Assembly (NCBI GenBank): GCA_001780725.1
Contig: MFIM01000028.1
Coordinates: forward strand, 10,368-74,367
DNA from: Candidatus Giovannonibacteria bacterium RIFCSPLOWO2_02_FULL_45_28
GTDB taxonomy: Bacteria > Patescibacteriota > Minisyncoccia > UBA11713 > 2-01-FULL-45-33
Length of the DNA: 64,000 bases
Direction of reading: 5' to 3'
Shown: positions 55,763 to 64,000 of the stretch, piece by piece
How the letters are laid out: the number at the start of each line of letters is the position of its first letter
Position numbering within the stretch: the stretch's first letter is position 1
Notes under the pieces: model-generated
Database searches by the model: none
The model's input: only the letters and a program-made list of their open reading frames with translations
What the model was told of the DNA's origin: nothing
Made by a program: the position numbers and the translations under genes

Positions 55763-57982
55763 TTAAACCTCTTTGGGGGTTTTTTCTTTCGCCACCACCC
55801 TTTTATTTTTCGGAGGTTTTAATTTCCATTGCGCGAGCGCTTCGTCCAATTCAGCTTGGCTTTCCGGTTTTTTGCCCATCAGAAAAGTGCAATCGGGAAA
55901 GCGGGAGCATGCGTAAAAAACCTTGCCCCGTCCGCGGGATTTTTTTTCAACGACGTCGCCAGTGCCGCAGTTGGGGCATTTAAAGCCGGTTTTATTGTGA
56001 ATTTTCATAACTCCTTTGCATTTTGGATAATCAACGCAACCGAGGAAATATCCAAACCGGCCGCGTTTTACCTCTAAAGGTTTTCCGCAAATGGGGCATA
56101 ATTCTCCCGCGGTTTTTTCCTGGAGCTGCTTAATTTTGGCGGCTTCCTCCGGCAAGGGAAGCGTGACTTTGCTCTCTGGATCCGGACAGGCCAGAAACTT
56201 GCCCAGCCGGCCGAATTTGATAAGCATCATTTTTCCGCAATGGGGGCATGGCGTGTCGGATGTTTCCGTCAGTTGCTCCACGCTCGCCATTTTTTCTTTA
56301 AGATTTTTGCTGAACGGCGCGTAAAATTCCTGAATTACCGGCACCCAGCCTATTTTGCCTTCGGCGATTTGGTCAAACTCTTCTTCAATGTGGGAAGTAA
56401 AATTAATATCAATAACTTCCGGAAAATTTTCAACCAGCATGTCGTTGACGGAAAAGCCGATTTCGGTAGGCTTGTATTTTTTGTTCTCCTTTTCCACATA
56501 GCCGCGGTCTTGAATGGTAGCTAATGTCGGAGCGTACGTGGACGGTCGGCCGATTCCGTAGCTTTCTAGCGTTTTAATTAGCGACGCGTCGGTGTAGCGC
56601 GGAGGCGGCTCCGTGAAGTGCTGGCCCTTGATTAAATTAACGAAGTCCAGCGCTTCTTCGGCGGATAGTTCCGGGAGCCGACCCTCCTCGTAATCGCTGT
56701 CGTCGTCTTTTTCGCCCTCCTCTTTTGTTTCGGTGTAAACCTTAATGAACCCGTCAAACTTAATGACTTGGCCGTTGGCGCGGAACGCATATTTATTTCC
56801 GGCAGATATTTCTATGGCGGTTTGGTCTAAAATCGCGGCTTGCATTTGGCATGCGAGCGTGCGTTTCCAAATTAAGTCGTAAAGTTTCAGCTGGCCGGCG
56901 TCTAACGCACCTAAGCTTTCAGGCAGGCGCGATAAATCGGTTGGACGGACGGCCTCATGTGCTTCCTGCGCTCCCTTTGATTTATTTTGGTAAAATCGCG
57001 GCTGATCCAAACAGTATTCTTTTCCAAAATTATTTTTGATAACTTCCTGTGCTTGCGCCAAAGCAACTTGCGCGATATTTAAACTATCCGTGCGCATGTA
57101 GGTGATGATGCCTGTTTCGTAGAGCCGCTGGGCGAGAATCATTGTCTGCTTGGCCGAAAATCCCAGCTTTTTCGCGGATTCTTGCTGGAGTGTAGAGGTG
57201 GTAAACGGTGGAGCCGGCGCGCGGCGGACTTCTTTTTTGGAGACTTCAACGACTTTGTATTCAGCTCCAGCCAGCCCATCGGTTATTTGTTTCGCTTCCT
57301 CCGCGTTTTTTATAGCCAATCGGTCAATCGCCTCACCGCCGATTTTAACTAACCTGGCTTTGAATTTTTTATCCTCACTTTTTTTCGCCAGCTCCGCTTC
57401 AACTGACCAATATTCTTGGGCGACGAATTTTTGGATTTCTCTCTCGCGCTCAACAACCAGGCGCACGGCAACGGATTGCACGCGCCCCGCAGAAAGGCCG
57501 GAGCGTATTTTTTTCCATAAAAACGGGGAAAGCTTGTAGCCCACGAGGCGGTCCAAAATTCTACGCGCCTGCTGGGCGTCCACCAAGTGCATATCCAAGT
57601 CCCTCGGATTTTTTAGGGCTTCTTTTATGGCGCGCTCTGTAATTTCGTGAAAAACAATTCTTTCAATATTGTCTTCGGGTCTGTCTTCCAATCCTAAGGC
57701 GGAAAGCAGATGCCAGGCGATGGCTTCACCTTCACGGTCTTCATCCGTCGCCAGAATTATTTTTTCGGCTTCGGCGGCTTTTCGCTTTAAGGCGCTTACG
57801 TTTTTCCGGGCTTTTAAGGGGATGATGTATTTTGGCGTAAAATTATTTTCTACGTCTACTCCAAGCTGGGACTTTGGCAGGTCGCGCACATGGCCGAAAC
57901 TGGATTCAATAACAAAATCTTTCCCGAGAAATCGGGAAATCGTTTTCGCTTTTGTCGGAGATTCTACTATTACAAGCTTCAT
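55763..57982 (-). CDS. topA: DNA topoisomerase I
   Basis: A Toprim domain, the catalytic Tyr region and three C-terminal C4 zinc ribbons. Confidence 0.9.
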   Translation of the reverse strand: MKLVIVESPTKAKTISRFLGKDFVIESSFGHVRDLPKSQLGVDVENNFTPKYIIPLKARKNVSALKRKAAEAEKIILATDEDREGEAIAWHLLSALGLEDRPEDNIERIVFHEITERAIKEALKNPRDLDMHLVDAQQARRILDRLVGYKLSPFLWKKIRSGLSAGRVQSVAVRLVVEREREIQKFVAQEYWSVEAELAKKSEDKKFKARLVKIGGEAIDRLAIKNAEEAKQITDGLAGAEYKVVEVSKKEVRRAPAPPFTTSTLQQESAKKLGFSAKQTMILAQRLYETGIITYMRTDSLNIAQVALAQAQEVIKNNFGKEYCLDQPRFYQNKSKGAQEAHEAVRPTDLSRLPESLGALDAGQLKLYDLIWKRTLACQMQAAILDQTAIEISAGNKYAFRANGQVIKFDGFIKVYTETKEEGEKDDDSDYEEGRLPELSAEEALDFVNLIKGQHFTEPPPRYTDASLIKTLESYGIGRPSTYAPTLATIQDRGYVEKENKKYKPTEIGFSVNDMLVENFPEVIDINFTSHIEEEFDQIAEGKIGWVPVIQEFYAPFSKNLKEKMASVEQLTETSDTPCPHCGKMMLIKFGRLGKFLACPDPESKVTLPLPEEAAKIKQLQEKTAGELCPICGKPLEVKRGRFGYFLGCVDYPKCKGVMKIHNKTGFKCPNCGTGDVVEKKSRGRGKVFYACSRFPDCTFLMGKKPESQAELDEALAQWKLKPPKNKRVVAKEKTPKEV

Positions 57983-58725
57983 TTTGAATCAATAAAGTTT
58001 TTAAATTTTTTGTAAAATTGCGGTTTTTGAAGCAAAGATAGGGACAGATGGCCGCCTCGCTTTAACAATAATAACTGCGAATTTGTTTCTCTTGTAAATT
58101 TTTTAACAGGTTTATAGTTCACCACCCAGTCGTCCTTTGCATGAATAATAAAGATTTTCTTCCCGTTAACTTTTTTTACAACAGAAACCGGATTATAAAA
58201 TTTCCCATTTTTTAATTTATTCCAATCTGCCATTGAAAACCGAAAGGCCCCGCCAAATGCTTGTTTTACAAATTTGCACAACCAATCAACGGGTTCAGAT
58301 TTGCTTTTCACTCTCCAATCAACCACCGGCGAAACTGCCACAACTTTGGTGACGCGATTGTTTACAGATGTCAAAAGTGCTGCGGCGCCGCCGAAACTAC
58401 TACCTAATAAGTATATTTTACTTGGCTGAATTTTGTAGGTTTTGCCACTCCATAAATCTTTAAATCCTCTCGGTAATTGAGAAATAATCTCCAGTATGTC
58501 TTTGTGCGGCGAAACTTTTAAAAAACGCCCGCCGCTCTCCCACGTGCCGCGGTATCTTGGATAAAATACCCAATAATTCTTTTTTGCGAAAAACTCCATC
58601 AAATCAGTTTTTGCCGGTACGGAAGGCATGCCAGAGCATAAAATTATAACTTTATCTGATTTCTTTTTTGGCGGAAGAAATTCTGCGACGATTCCATTTT
58701 TAAATCTTGTGCGTAATGCGTACAT
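57979..58725 (-). CDS. Alpha/beta hydrolase
   Basis: The GxSxG nucleophile elbow LLGSSFGG. Confidence 0.6.
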   Translation of the reverse strand: MYALRTRFKNGIVAEFLPPKKKSDKVIILCSGMPSVPAKTDLMEFFAKKNYWVFYPRYRGTWESGGRFLKVSPHKDILEIISQLPRGFKDLWSGKTYKIQPSKIYLLGSSFGGAAALLTSVNNRVTKVVAVSPVVDWRVKSKSEPVDWLCKFVKQAFGGAFRFSMADWNKLKNGKFYNPVSVVKKVNGKKIFIIHAKDDWVVNYKPVKKFTRETNSQLLLLKRGGHLSLSLLQKPQFYKKFKNFIDSK

Positions 58726-59598
58726 TCAAATATTTTTTACGTATTCATTTCCGATCTTTTTAATAATACCACGGATTTCTAGAAGGCCGATAACTGATTG
58801 AGCGGTTTGGGTTGGTATTTTGCTTTTTCTAATGAGCGAATCAACGTCCATCGGTTCAACAAGCGCTTCTAAAATTTGTTTTTCTTCCGGAGATAAATCA
58901 AGGGTGTCGGATACCCCACTTGGGTGTCCGACACCCAAGTGGATTCCGTAAGCACGCAAAACATCCTCCGCAGATTCCACAAGCGCCGCGCCTTGTTTAA
59001 TGAGTCTGTTTGTGCCTGCAGAGTTTTGAGAAAACGCCGAGCCAGGAATGGCAAGGACGTCGCGGTTTTGATCAAGCGCGAATTTCGCAGTAATCAAGGC
59101 GCCACTTTTCTCCGGCGCTTCCACGACAAGTGTGGCTTGGGAAAGGCCGGAGATGATGCGGTTTCTTTGCGGAAAACTCCAAAGCGTCGCTTTCATGTTG
59201 TGATCGTACTCGGAAATTATGGCGCCGCCGGCTTCCGTAACGCGCTCGGCAAGCGCCCAGTTTTTCGGCGGATAAAACGCTTCACGCGCAAGGCCTGATC
59301 CCAAAACCGCGATTGTCGGCATTTTGTTTTCCAAACTAGCCTTAGCGACAACAGTGTCAATTCCTGTTGCCATGCCGCTAACAGTCGCAAAGCCGTAAGG
59401 CGCGAGACCCGCTATAATTTTTCTTAAAATCTCCTCTCCGTAAGCGGAATTTCTGCGCGTTCCTACTATTGATAGATAATACTTAGCTTTCGGCCAATCC
59501 CCCCACACAGACAGCTTTTTTGGTGGAAACGGGATTTCCCGCAAGATCTCCGGAAAGTCTTTGTCTTTGAGTTTTATTTCGCGGATATTCTGGGTCAT
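58726..59598 (-). CDS. dprA: DNA processing protein DprA
   Basis: SIVGTRRNSAYGEEI...SGMATGID is the DprA Rossmann motif. ATG 59598 is chosen because the longer ORF-track N-terminus covers a strong opposite-strand promoter and low-complexity sequence. Confidence 0.7.
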   Translation of the reverse strand: MTQNIREIKLKDKDFPEILREIPFPPKKLSVWGDWPKAKYYLSIVGTRRNSAYGEEILRKIIAGLAPYGFATVSGMATGIDTVVAKASLENKMPTIAVLGSGLAREAFYPPKNWALAERVTEAGGAIISEYDHNMKATLWSFPQRNRIISGLSQATLVVEAPEKSGALITAKFALDQNRDVLAIPGSAFSQNSAGTNRLIKQGAALVESAEDVLRAYGIHLGVGHPSGVSDTLDLSPEEKQILEALVEPMDVDSLIRKSKIPTQTAQSVIGLLEIRGIIKKIGNEYVKNI

Positions 59599-59627
59599 GG
59601 GATTTATATAAGCACAAAACCCCAGAC

Positions 59628-59655
59628 TTGACAAGTTTTTATAAAGGAGTATAAT
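59628..59655 (+). promoter_or_regulatory. Consensus sigma70-like promoter
   Basis: TTGACA (59628-33), a 16 nt spacer, then TATAAT (59650-55). Confidence 0.5.
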
Positions 59656-59703
59656 ATAGCTAGAGTCCGTTAAATCTATTCTAGCGGATGTTAGCGAGAA
59701 GAA

Positions 59704-60183
59704 ATGGGAGGATTTATGAACGGCATAGGCGGTTCTTTGCATGGAAAAGAGCGCGAGGAGCGTAGTGAGAAAATGCTTGCTTTGCGCGGTACCATTCAGG
59801 GGGTTCGGTATTTTTATGCCCAGACTACTGGGGACGGCGATGTGGAAATCGGAGGAAAAGGCCATATCCACGACGAGGGCTGTGATTTCCCGAGGGATTG
59901 CAATTATCGCAAGCATTTGCTTGCGACTATCACGTGGATTCCTCTGGCATTTTCCGGCATCAAGGCGCCATATAACGGGCACCTTGTTGAGGTGTTGGCA
60001 TACACACCCAAAAAGGACGGCAGGCTTCCGACAGTGAAAGAAGTTGTGAAAGAAGTAGTGGCTACGCCTAGGAGCAAGCCGAGTCCGCTGGTTGACGGTG
60101 ACGAGGACGAAAAAGACGGCGTGCGAAGTAGACGAGGCTATCAGGAAAAATCAATCCCGGGCAATGTAAGGAACGGCCGGTAA
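59704..60183 (+). CDS. Hypothetical protein
   Basis: 159 aa, placed after the promoter above, with SD GGGAGG. Confidence 0.4.
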   Translation: MGGFMNGIGGSLHGKEREERSEKMLALRGTIQGVRYFYAQTTGDGDVEIGGKGHIHDEGCDFPRDCNYRKHLLATITWIPLAFSGIKAPYNGHLVEVLAYTPKKDGRLPTVKEVVKEVVATPRSKPSPLVDGDEDEKDGVRSRRGYQEKSIPGNVRNGR

Positions 60184-60221
60184 AAAATAACGGACAAAAA
60201 AACCAAAAAGGAGGAGGGACA

Positions 60222-60509
60222 ATGGAAAATCAGAAGCGGGCGTTTGATCCGGAGAGTACCTCGGTGGCGAGGCTGAAAAAGCGGCGAGATTATTTGCGTG
60301 AGCGCGGAGAAAAGAGCGGGGTGGTCGGCAAGCTTTCCAGATTGATCAATAAAATGGAGCGTGGGTGGTCCGGGGCGGTTGTTTCTGAACAGTGGAGCCC
60401 AAAGCCGGACGAGATGCCGGCCAGCATAGTTAAGAAGATTAGGCAACCTAAGGAAAAACCGACCGGCAAGTTCAAGGCCAGCCAGCGCGCGCAGATGAGG
60501 CCGCGTTAA
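60222..60509 (+). CDS. Small basic hypothetical protein
   Basis: SD AAGGAGG, followed by a terminator. Confidence 0.4.
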   Translation: MENQKRAFDPESTSVARLKKRRDYLRERGEKSGVVGKLSRLINKMERGWSGAVVSEQWSPKPDEMPASIVKKIRQPKEKPTGKFKASQRAQMRPR

Positions 60510-60584
60510 GTTGGGAATTTAAAAAAGAGTGCTTGGGCTTTTTCAAGAAAAATAGGCAAATCTGCCAATCGGCGGAGGCCAAAA

Positions 60585-60615
60585 GGGGGTGCGACAACGC
60601 GCCCCTTTTTGTTTT
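60585..60615 (+). terminator. Rho-independent terminator
   Basis: GGGGTGCG - acaa - CGCGCCCC followed by TTTTTGTTTT. Confidence 0.5.
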
Positions 60616-60706
60616 ATTGCCGGCAAACGGCATGCTTTTGGTTTGTGCCGCGTTGATTTTTGTGCTACTATTTAACTATTCAACAATTTAACCATTAAAC
60701 AAATTA

Positions 60707-62686
60707 ATGCCTAAAAAAGTCGTTAAAAATAAGCCTCAAAAAGCGGGGGGTGAGGGGGGCGGATATACCGCCAAGGACATTTTTGTATTGGAAGGTTTGG
60801 AGCCGGTGCGGAAGCGCCCGGGGATGTATATTGGGTCAACCGGCGTGGACGGGCTGCACCATTTAATTTGGGAGGTGGTTGATAACTCAATTGACGAAGC
60901 CATGGCTGGTTACGCAAAAAATATTGCGGTAACGCTGCTTCCGGATCACCGCGTGCACGTGGTTGACGACGGCCGCGGTATTCCGGTTGAAACACACAAA
61001 CAGACGAAAAAATCCGCGCTTGAAACAGTGATGACAATGCTCCATGCCGGCGGAAAGTTCGGAGGAACCGGATATAAAGTTTCCGGAGGGCTTCACGGAG
61101 TTGGCGTGTCCGTAGTCAATGCTTTGTCTTGCTGGCTGCGTGTGGAAGTTTGCCGAGATGGCGAGCAATGGGCGCAGGAATATCAAAAAGGAAAACCAAA
61201 AACCAAGGTGCAGAAAGTTGGAAAATGTAGAAGCTCCGGAACGGCCGTGACTTTTGAGCCGGATCCGGAAATTTTTATGCCTGTAAATCCGCCGGCTGGC
61301 GGAGGTAAAATTCCGGAATTTGACTGGAAAAAAATCTTAGAAAGGCTGCGCCAGCAGGCCTATCTTACGAAGGGCATAAAAATTTCCGTTGCCGACGAGA
61401 GGCGCAAAGAAAAAGCCGAGCACAAATCGTACGCCTTTTATTTTGAGGGCGGAGTGGCTTCTTATGTTAAATATTTAAATGAGGGGCTTCAGCCAAAACA
61501 CGAAACAATTTTTTATACACAAAAAGAATCCGAAGGGATTATGGTGGAGACCGCGCTTCAATATGTTGATGATCTGCAGGCAAGAGAACTGGCTTTTGCA
61601 AATAATATTTTAAATCCCGACGGCGGGATGCATTCAACGGGTTTTAGAACCGCGCTAACCCGTTCGCTCAATTCTTACGCGAGGAAAAACAGTTATCTTA
61701 AAGAATCCGAAGAAAATCTTACCGGAGAAGACGTGCGCGAGGGGCTTACCGCGATAATTTCAGTGAAATTAAAAAATCCGCAGTTTGAGGGGCAAACGAA
61801 AGCGAAACTCGGCAACCCGGAAGCGCGAACGGCCGTTGAAGACGTTTTTGGAAAATCTTTTGACGCATTTTTGGAAGAGCGTCCCCAAGACGCGCGCGCG
61901 GTTTTGGAAAAGGTCATTTTGGCTCTCAAAGCCCGCAAGGCCGCCAAAGCCGCGAAAGACACAATTTTGCGAAAAGGCGCGCTGGATGGCCTTGCACTTC
62001 CCGGGAAGCTGGCGGATTGCCAATCACGAAACGCGGCGGAGGCGGAAATTTTCATTGTTGAGGGAGATTCTGCCGGAGGTTCGGCCAAGCAGGCCAGAGA
62101 CAGGCGTTTTCAGGCCATACTTCCGCTCCGCGGGAAAATTTTAAATGTTGAAAAAGCCAGGCTGGACAAAATGCTGGCCTCGCAAGAGATAAAAGTTTTG
62201 GTTATCGCCTTGGGCGCGGCAATCGCTGAAAGTTTTGACATAACGAAGCTACGTTATCACCGCGTCGTAATTATGACGGATGCCGATGTTGACGGCGCGC
62301 ATATCAGGACGCTCCTTTTAACGCTTTTTTACAGATACTATTTGTCTCTAATTCAGGCGGGCTACATTTATATTGCCCAACCGCCGCTTTACAAAATTCA
62401 AAAAGGCAAAGAAATAAAATACGCTTACTCCGAAGAAGAAAAAAACAAATTTACCAGGGGCGTTGAAGGCCAAAATATACAGCGATATAAGGGTTTGGGC
62501 GAGATGAATCCGGAGCAGCTTTGGGAAACAACCATGGATCCGGCCAGGCGGATGTTTAGGCAAGTTACCATAGACGACGCCAAAGAAGCCGATAAAATTT
62601 TTGACATACTGATGGGCGACGAAGTTGCACCCCGCAAACTTTTCATCCAAACCCACGCCAAAGCGGTAAAGAATTTGGATATTTAA
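60707..62686 (+). CDS. gyrB: DNA gyrase subunit B
   Basis: A GHKL ATPase domain (GLHHLIWEVVDNSIDE), a Toprim domain (EGDSAGGSAKQ) and a C-terminal tail. Confidence 0.95.
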   Translation: MPKKVVKNKPQKAGGEGGGYTAKDIFVLEGLEPVRKRPGMYIGSTGVDGLHHLIWEVVDNSIDEAMAGYAKNIAVTLLPDHRVHVVDDGRGIPVETHKQTKKSALETVMTMLHAGGKFGGTGYKVSGGLHGVGVSVVNALSCWLRVEVCRDGEQWAQEYQKGKPKTKVQKVGKCRSSGTAVTFEPDPEIFMPVNPPAGGGKIPEFDWKKILERLRQQAYLTKGIKISVADERRKEKAEHKSYAFYFEGGVASYVKYLNEGLQPKHETIFYTQKESEGIMVETALQYVDDLQARELAFANNILNPDGGMHSTGFRTALTRSLNSYARKNSYLKESEENLTGEDVREGLTAIISVKLKNPQFEGQTKAKLGNPEARTAVEDVFGKSFDAFLEERPQDARAVLEKVILALKARKAAKAAKDTILRKGALDGLALPGKLADCQSRNAAEAEIFIVEGDSAGGSAKQARDRRFQAILPLRGKILNVEKARLDKMLASQEIKVLVIALGAAIAESFDITKLRYHRVVIMTDADVDGAHIRTLLLTLFYRYYLSLIQAGYIYIAQPPLYKIQKGKEIKYAYSEEEKNKFTRGVEGQNIQRYKGLGEMNPEQLWETTMDPARRMFRQVTIDDAKEADKIFDILMGDEVAPRKLFIQTHAKAVKNLDI

Positions 62687-62750
62687 ATTGACAAAAATTG
62701 AGTAATTTGCTACCTTAAAAATAGAAAAATCTTACAAAAGGGAGGCCATA

Positions 62751-63356
62751 ATGACAAGTGCGTTGAAAGCAAGGGTTGATAGCCTTGAGAAATCGATTCT
62801 TGCGGAGTTGGAGCTTCTTAAACCAGCCTGCCCGGAGCAGATCAGGAGCGTTTTTGAGAAAAGCTTTGACCGAGTTATTTCAGAACTGATGAAAACGGAG
62901 CTTTTGGGCAATGTCCCGGCCGTGCCAATGATTACTATGCCATATCTCGGCATATATGGTCTTGCTCAGATGGTGAAGCACAATGGCAATGTGTGCCAAG
63001 TTCGTTTAGCTCCGGAAACAATCACTGATACCAGAGAATCCAAAATGCCACTTGACTTATCCTGGGCTCTTGATGTTGAGGACGGAACGAAAACTCTGGG
63101 AAAACATTTTGACCTTGCTGGAAATGAAATACTTCAATCCAATCGACTGCCTCTCACCGTCACTGGAATACTCAATCTTGGCAGAGGCGGAGTTTTGTCC
63201 CGGCACAATGTTGTTGCCACCGGCTCTCGCCTCGGCGACGACGGAGTCGCGCTTTTGTGGCTCAGCGGGGGCGAGCCGAAGCTCTACTGGAGCTGGGCGA
63301 GCTTCTCGGATGCGGAGTGGGGCTCGGCCTCTTGCGGTAGGTATCTGGAACTTTGA
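62751..63356 (+). CDS. Hypothetical protein
   Basis: 201 aa with SD AAGGGAGG. Confidence 0.4.
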   Translation: MTSALKARVDSLEKSILAELELLKPACPEQIRSVFEKSFDRVISELMKTELLGNVPAVPMITMPYLGIYGLAQMVKHNGNVCQVRLAPETITDTRESKMPLDLSWALDVEDGTKTLGKHFDLAGNEILQSNRLPLTVTGILNLGRGGVLSRHNVVATGSRLGDDGVALLWLSGGEPKLYWSWASFSDAEWGSASCGRYLEL

Positions 63357-63471
63357 TCTTTGTGAACTCGGAACTTTTCTTTTCTTGTGTTTTGATTCTC
63401 GTTTTTTTTGAGCGGCCATCTAGGCCGCTTTTTTGTTTTTAATTCAAACCCACGCCATAAAAAAAACGAGC

Positions 63472-64000
63472 TTATTGGCTCGGTTTAAATCCTTGTCCAG
63501 TTTTTTGATAGTAAAAATCGTGCCAGGCTTTTTTGTAAAGTTCATCCAGTACGATACTAACGCGCCCTCGCGGGCACATAATAATTTTTGTTTCTGCGCA
63601 CAACTTTTCTGACGGATGGCCTTGATCCAGAAGATGTCCGAGTTCGTGGAGCAAAAGAGACACGTCTCCATCCGATGCGGGCGTTCCTAATCCGATTTGC
63701 AAAGCCATTTGCTGGCCGAAATATAAGTTCCCGTAAGCTACGCCGGCCGCTCCTTTCATTCGTCCCTCTTTGCTATCAAAATAAGCCAAAGCCGGCCTAA
63801 AAAGCGTTATATACACATCAGCTTCTGCCGGACGTTCCAGTTCATCTACCAACGGCCATATTTTAGCTACGTCAACGGCGTGCGGAATGTTTATATCTTT
63901 ATAAATCGGCGGATTTTTGATGTTCCATTGTTTTGTAAAAGCCAGTTTAAATTTTATCGCGCTCTTATTGTCAAAAATTTCTTTATTGATTATCGCTTCG
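63472..64000 (-). CDS. Archaemetzincin-like zinc metallopeptidase; the N-terminus lies beyond the window
   Basis: HELGHLLDQGH followed by C-x7-MC (HExxH...GH...C...MC). The ORF stays open to the window edge upstream of the TTG the ORF caller chose. Confidence 0.45.
   Translation of the reverse strand, partial: EAIINKEIFDNKSAIKFKLAFTKQWNIKNPPIYKDINIPHAVDVAKIWPLVDELERPAEADVYITLFRPALAYFDSKEGRMKGAAGVAYGNLYFGQQMALQIGLGTPASDGDVSLLLHELGHLLDQGHPSEKLCAETKIIMCPRGRVSIVLDELYKKAWHDFYYQKTGQGFKPSQ

Noticed and set aside
59599-59982. N-terminal extension of the DprA ORF as given by the ORF track (418 aa version).
   Set aside because: The extension has non-protein-like, Ser/Leu-rich composition. It covers a consensus plus-strand promoter (TTGACA-16-TATAAT) that serves the divergent gene. 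The conserved DprA domain begins near ATG 59598.
1-64000. Search for CRISPR arrays, rRNA genes, IS elements with transposase genes, and integrase-bounded prophage.
   Set aside because: None were found. There are no regularly spaced direct repeats, no rRNA-like conserved stretches and no transposase-like ORFs. The only recombinase is a chromosomal XerC/D-type gene with no flanking att-like repeats visible.

Overview
This 64 kb window is a bacterial chromosomal segment of moderate GC content. Genes are densely packed and many adjacent pairs show ATGA or TAATG stop/start overlaps.

Housekeeping genes identified: folD (partial), glyA, ksgA, a PcrA/UvrD helicase, rpsO, xerC/D, a CCA-adding enzyme, metK, rplS, apt, gpmI, rny, parB, relA/spoT, topA, dprA and gyrB. 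Five tRNAs are present: Pro-CGG, Ala-CGC, Leu-GAG, Val-TAC and Leu-CAA. Only the tRNA-Pro encodes its 3' CCA.

A large acyl-CoA and propionate catabolic region runs from about 9.9 to 23.3 kb and from 34 to 42 kb, with unusual domain architectures:
- a methylcitrate-cycle triad (citrate/2-methylcitrate synthase, PrpD, PrpB);
- a fused E1 alpha-beta 2-oxoacid dehydrogenase;
- E2 split into separate lipoyl-domain and catalytic-domain genes, with LipB nearby;
- a B12 mutase catalytic subunit followed by a fused B12-binding/MeaB GTPase gene;
- two acyl-CoA dehydrogenases, an acyl-CoA synthetase, a hotdog thioesterase, two thiolase-like genes and a fused 3-hydroxyacyl-CoA dehydrogenase/enoyl-CoA hydratase.

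Accessory content: three RelE/ParE-type toxin-antitoxin modules, one with a frameshifted toxin; a type IV pilin; a LysM/M23 peptidase; and a pectate lyase next to a glycoside-hydrolase-like gene with a paralogous signal anchor and no canonical start codon.

Three sequence-level observations are the most novel:
- A conserved element of about 65-75 nt starts with a TGTCA-N4-TGACA palindrome / TTGACA box. It occurs twice, each copy divergently upstream of a TA operon and followed by a strong SD and a tiny ORF.
- A palindromic repeat family is inserted in frame into the CCA enzyme and RluA genes. The copies share a 13-mer and encode KSDFF-like peptides, an arrangement reminiscent of Rickettsia palindromic elements.
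- Two ATGA-overlap splits of an E2 acyltransferase were found.

No CRISPR array or rRNA was found.
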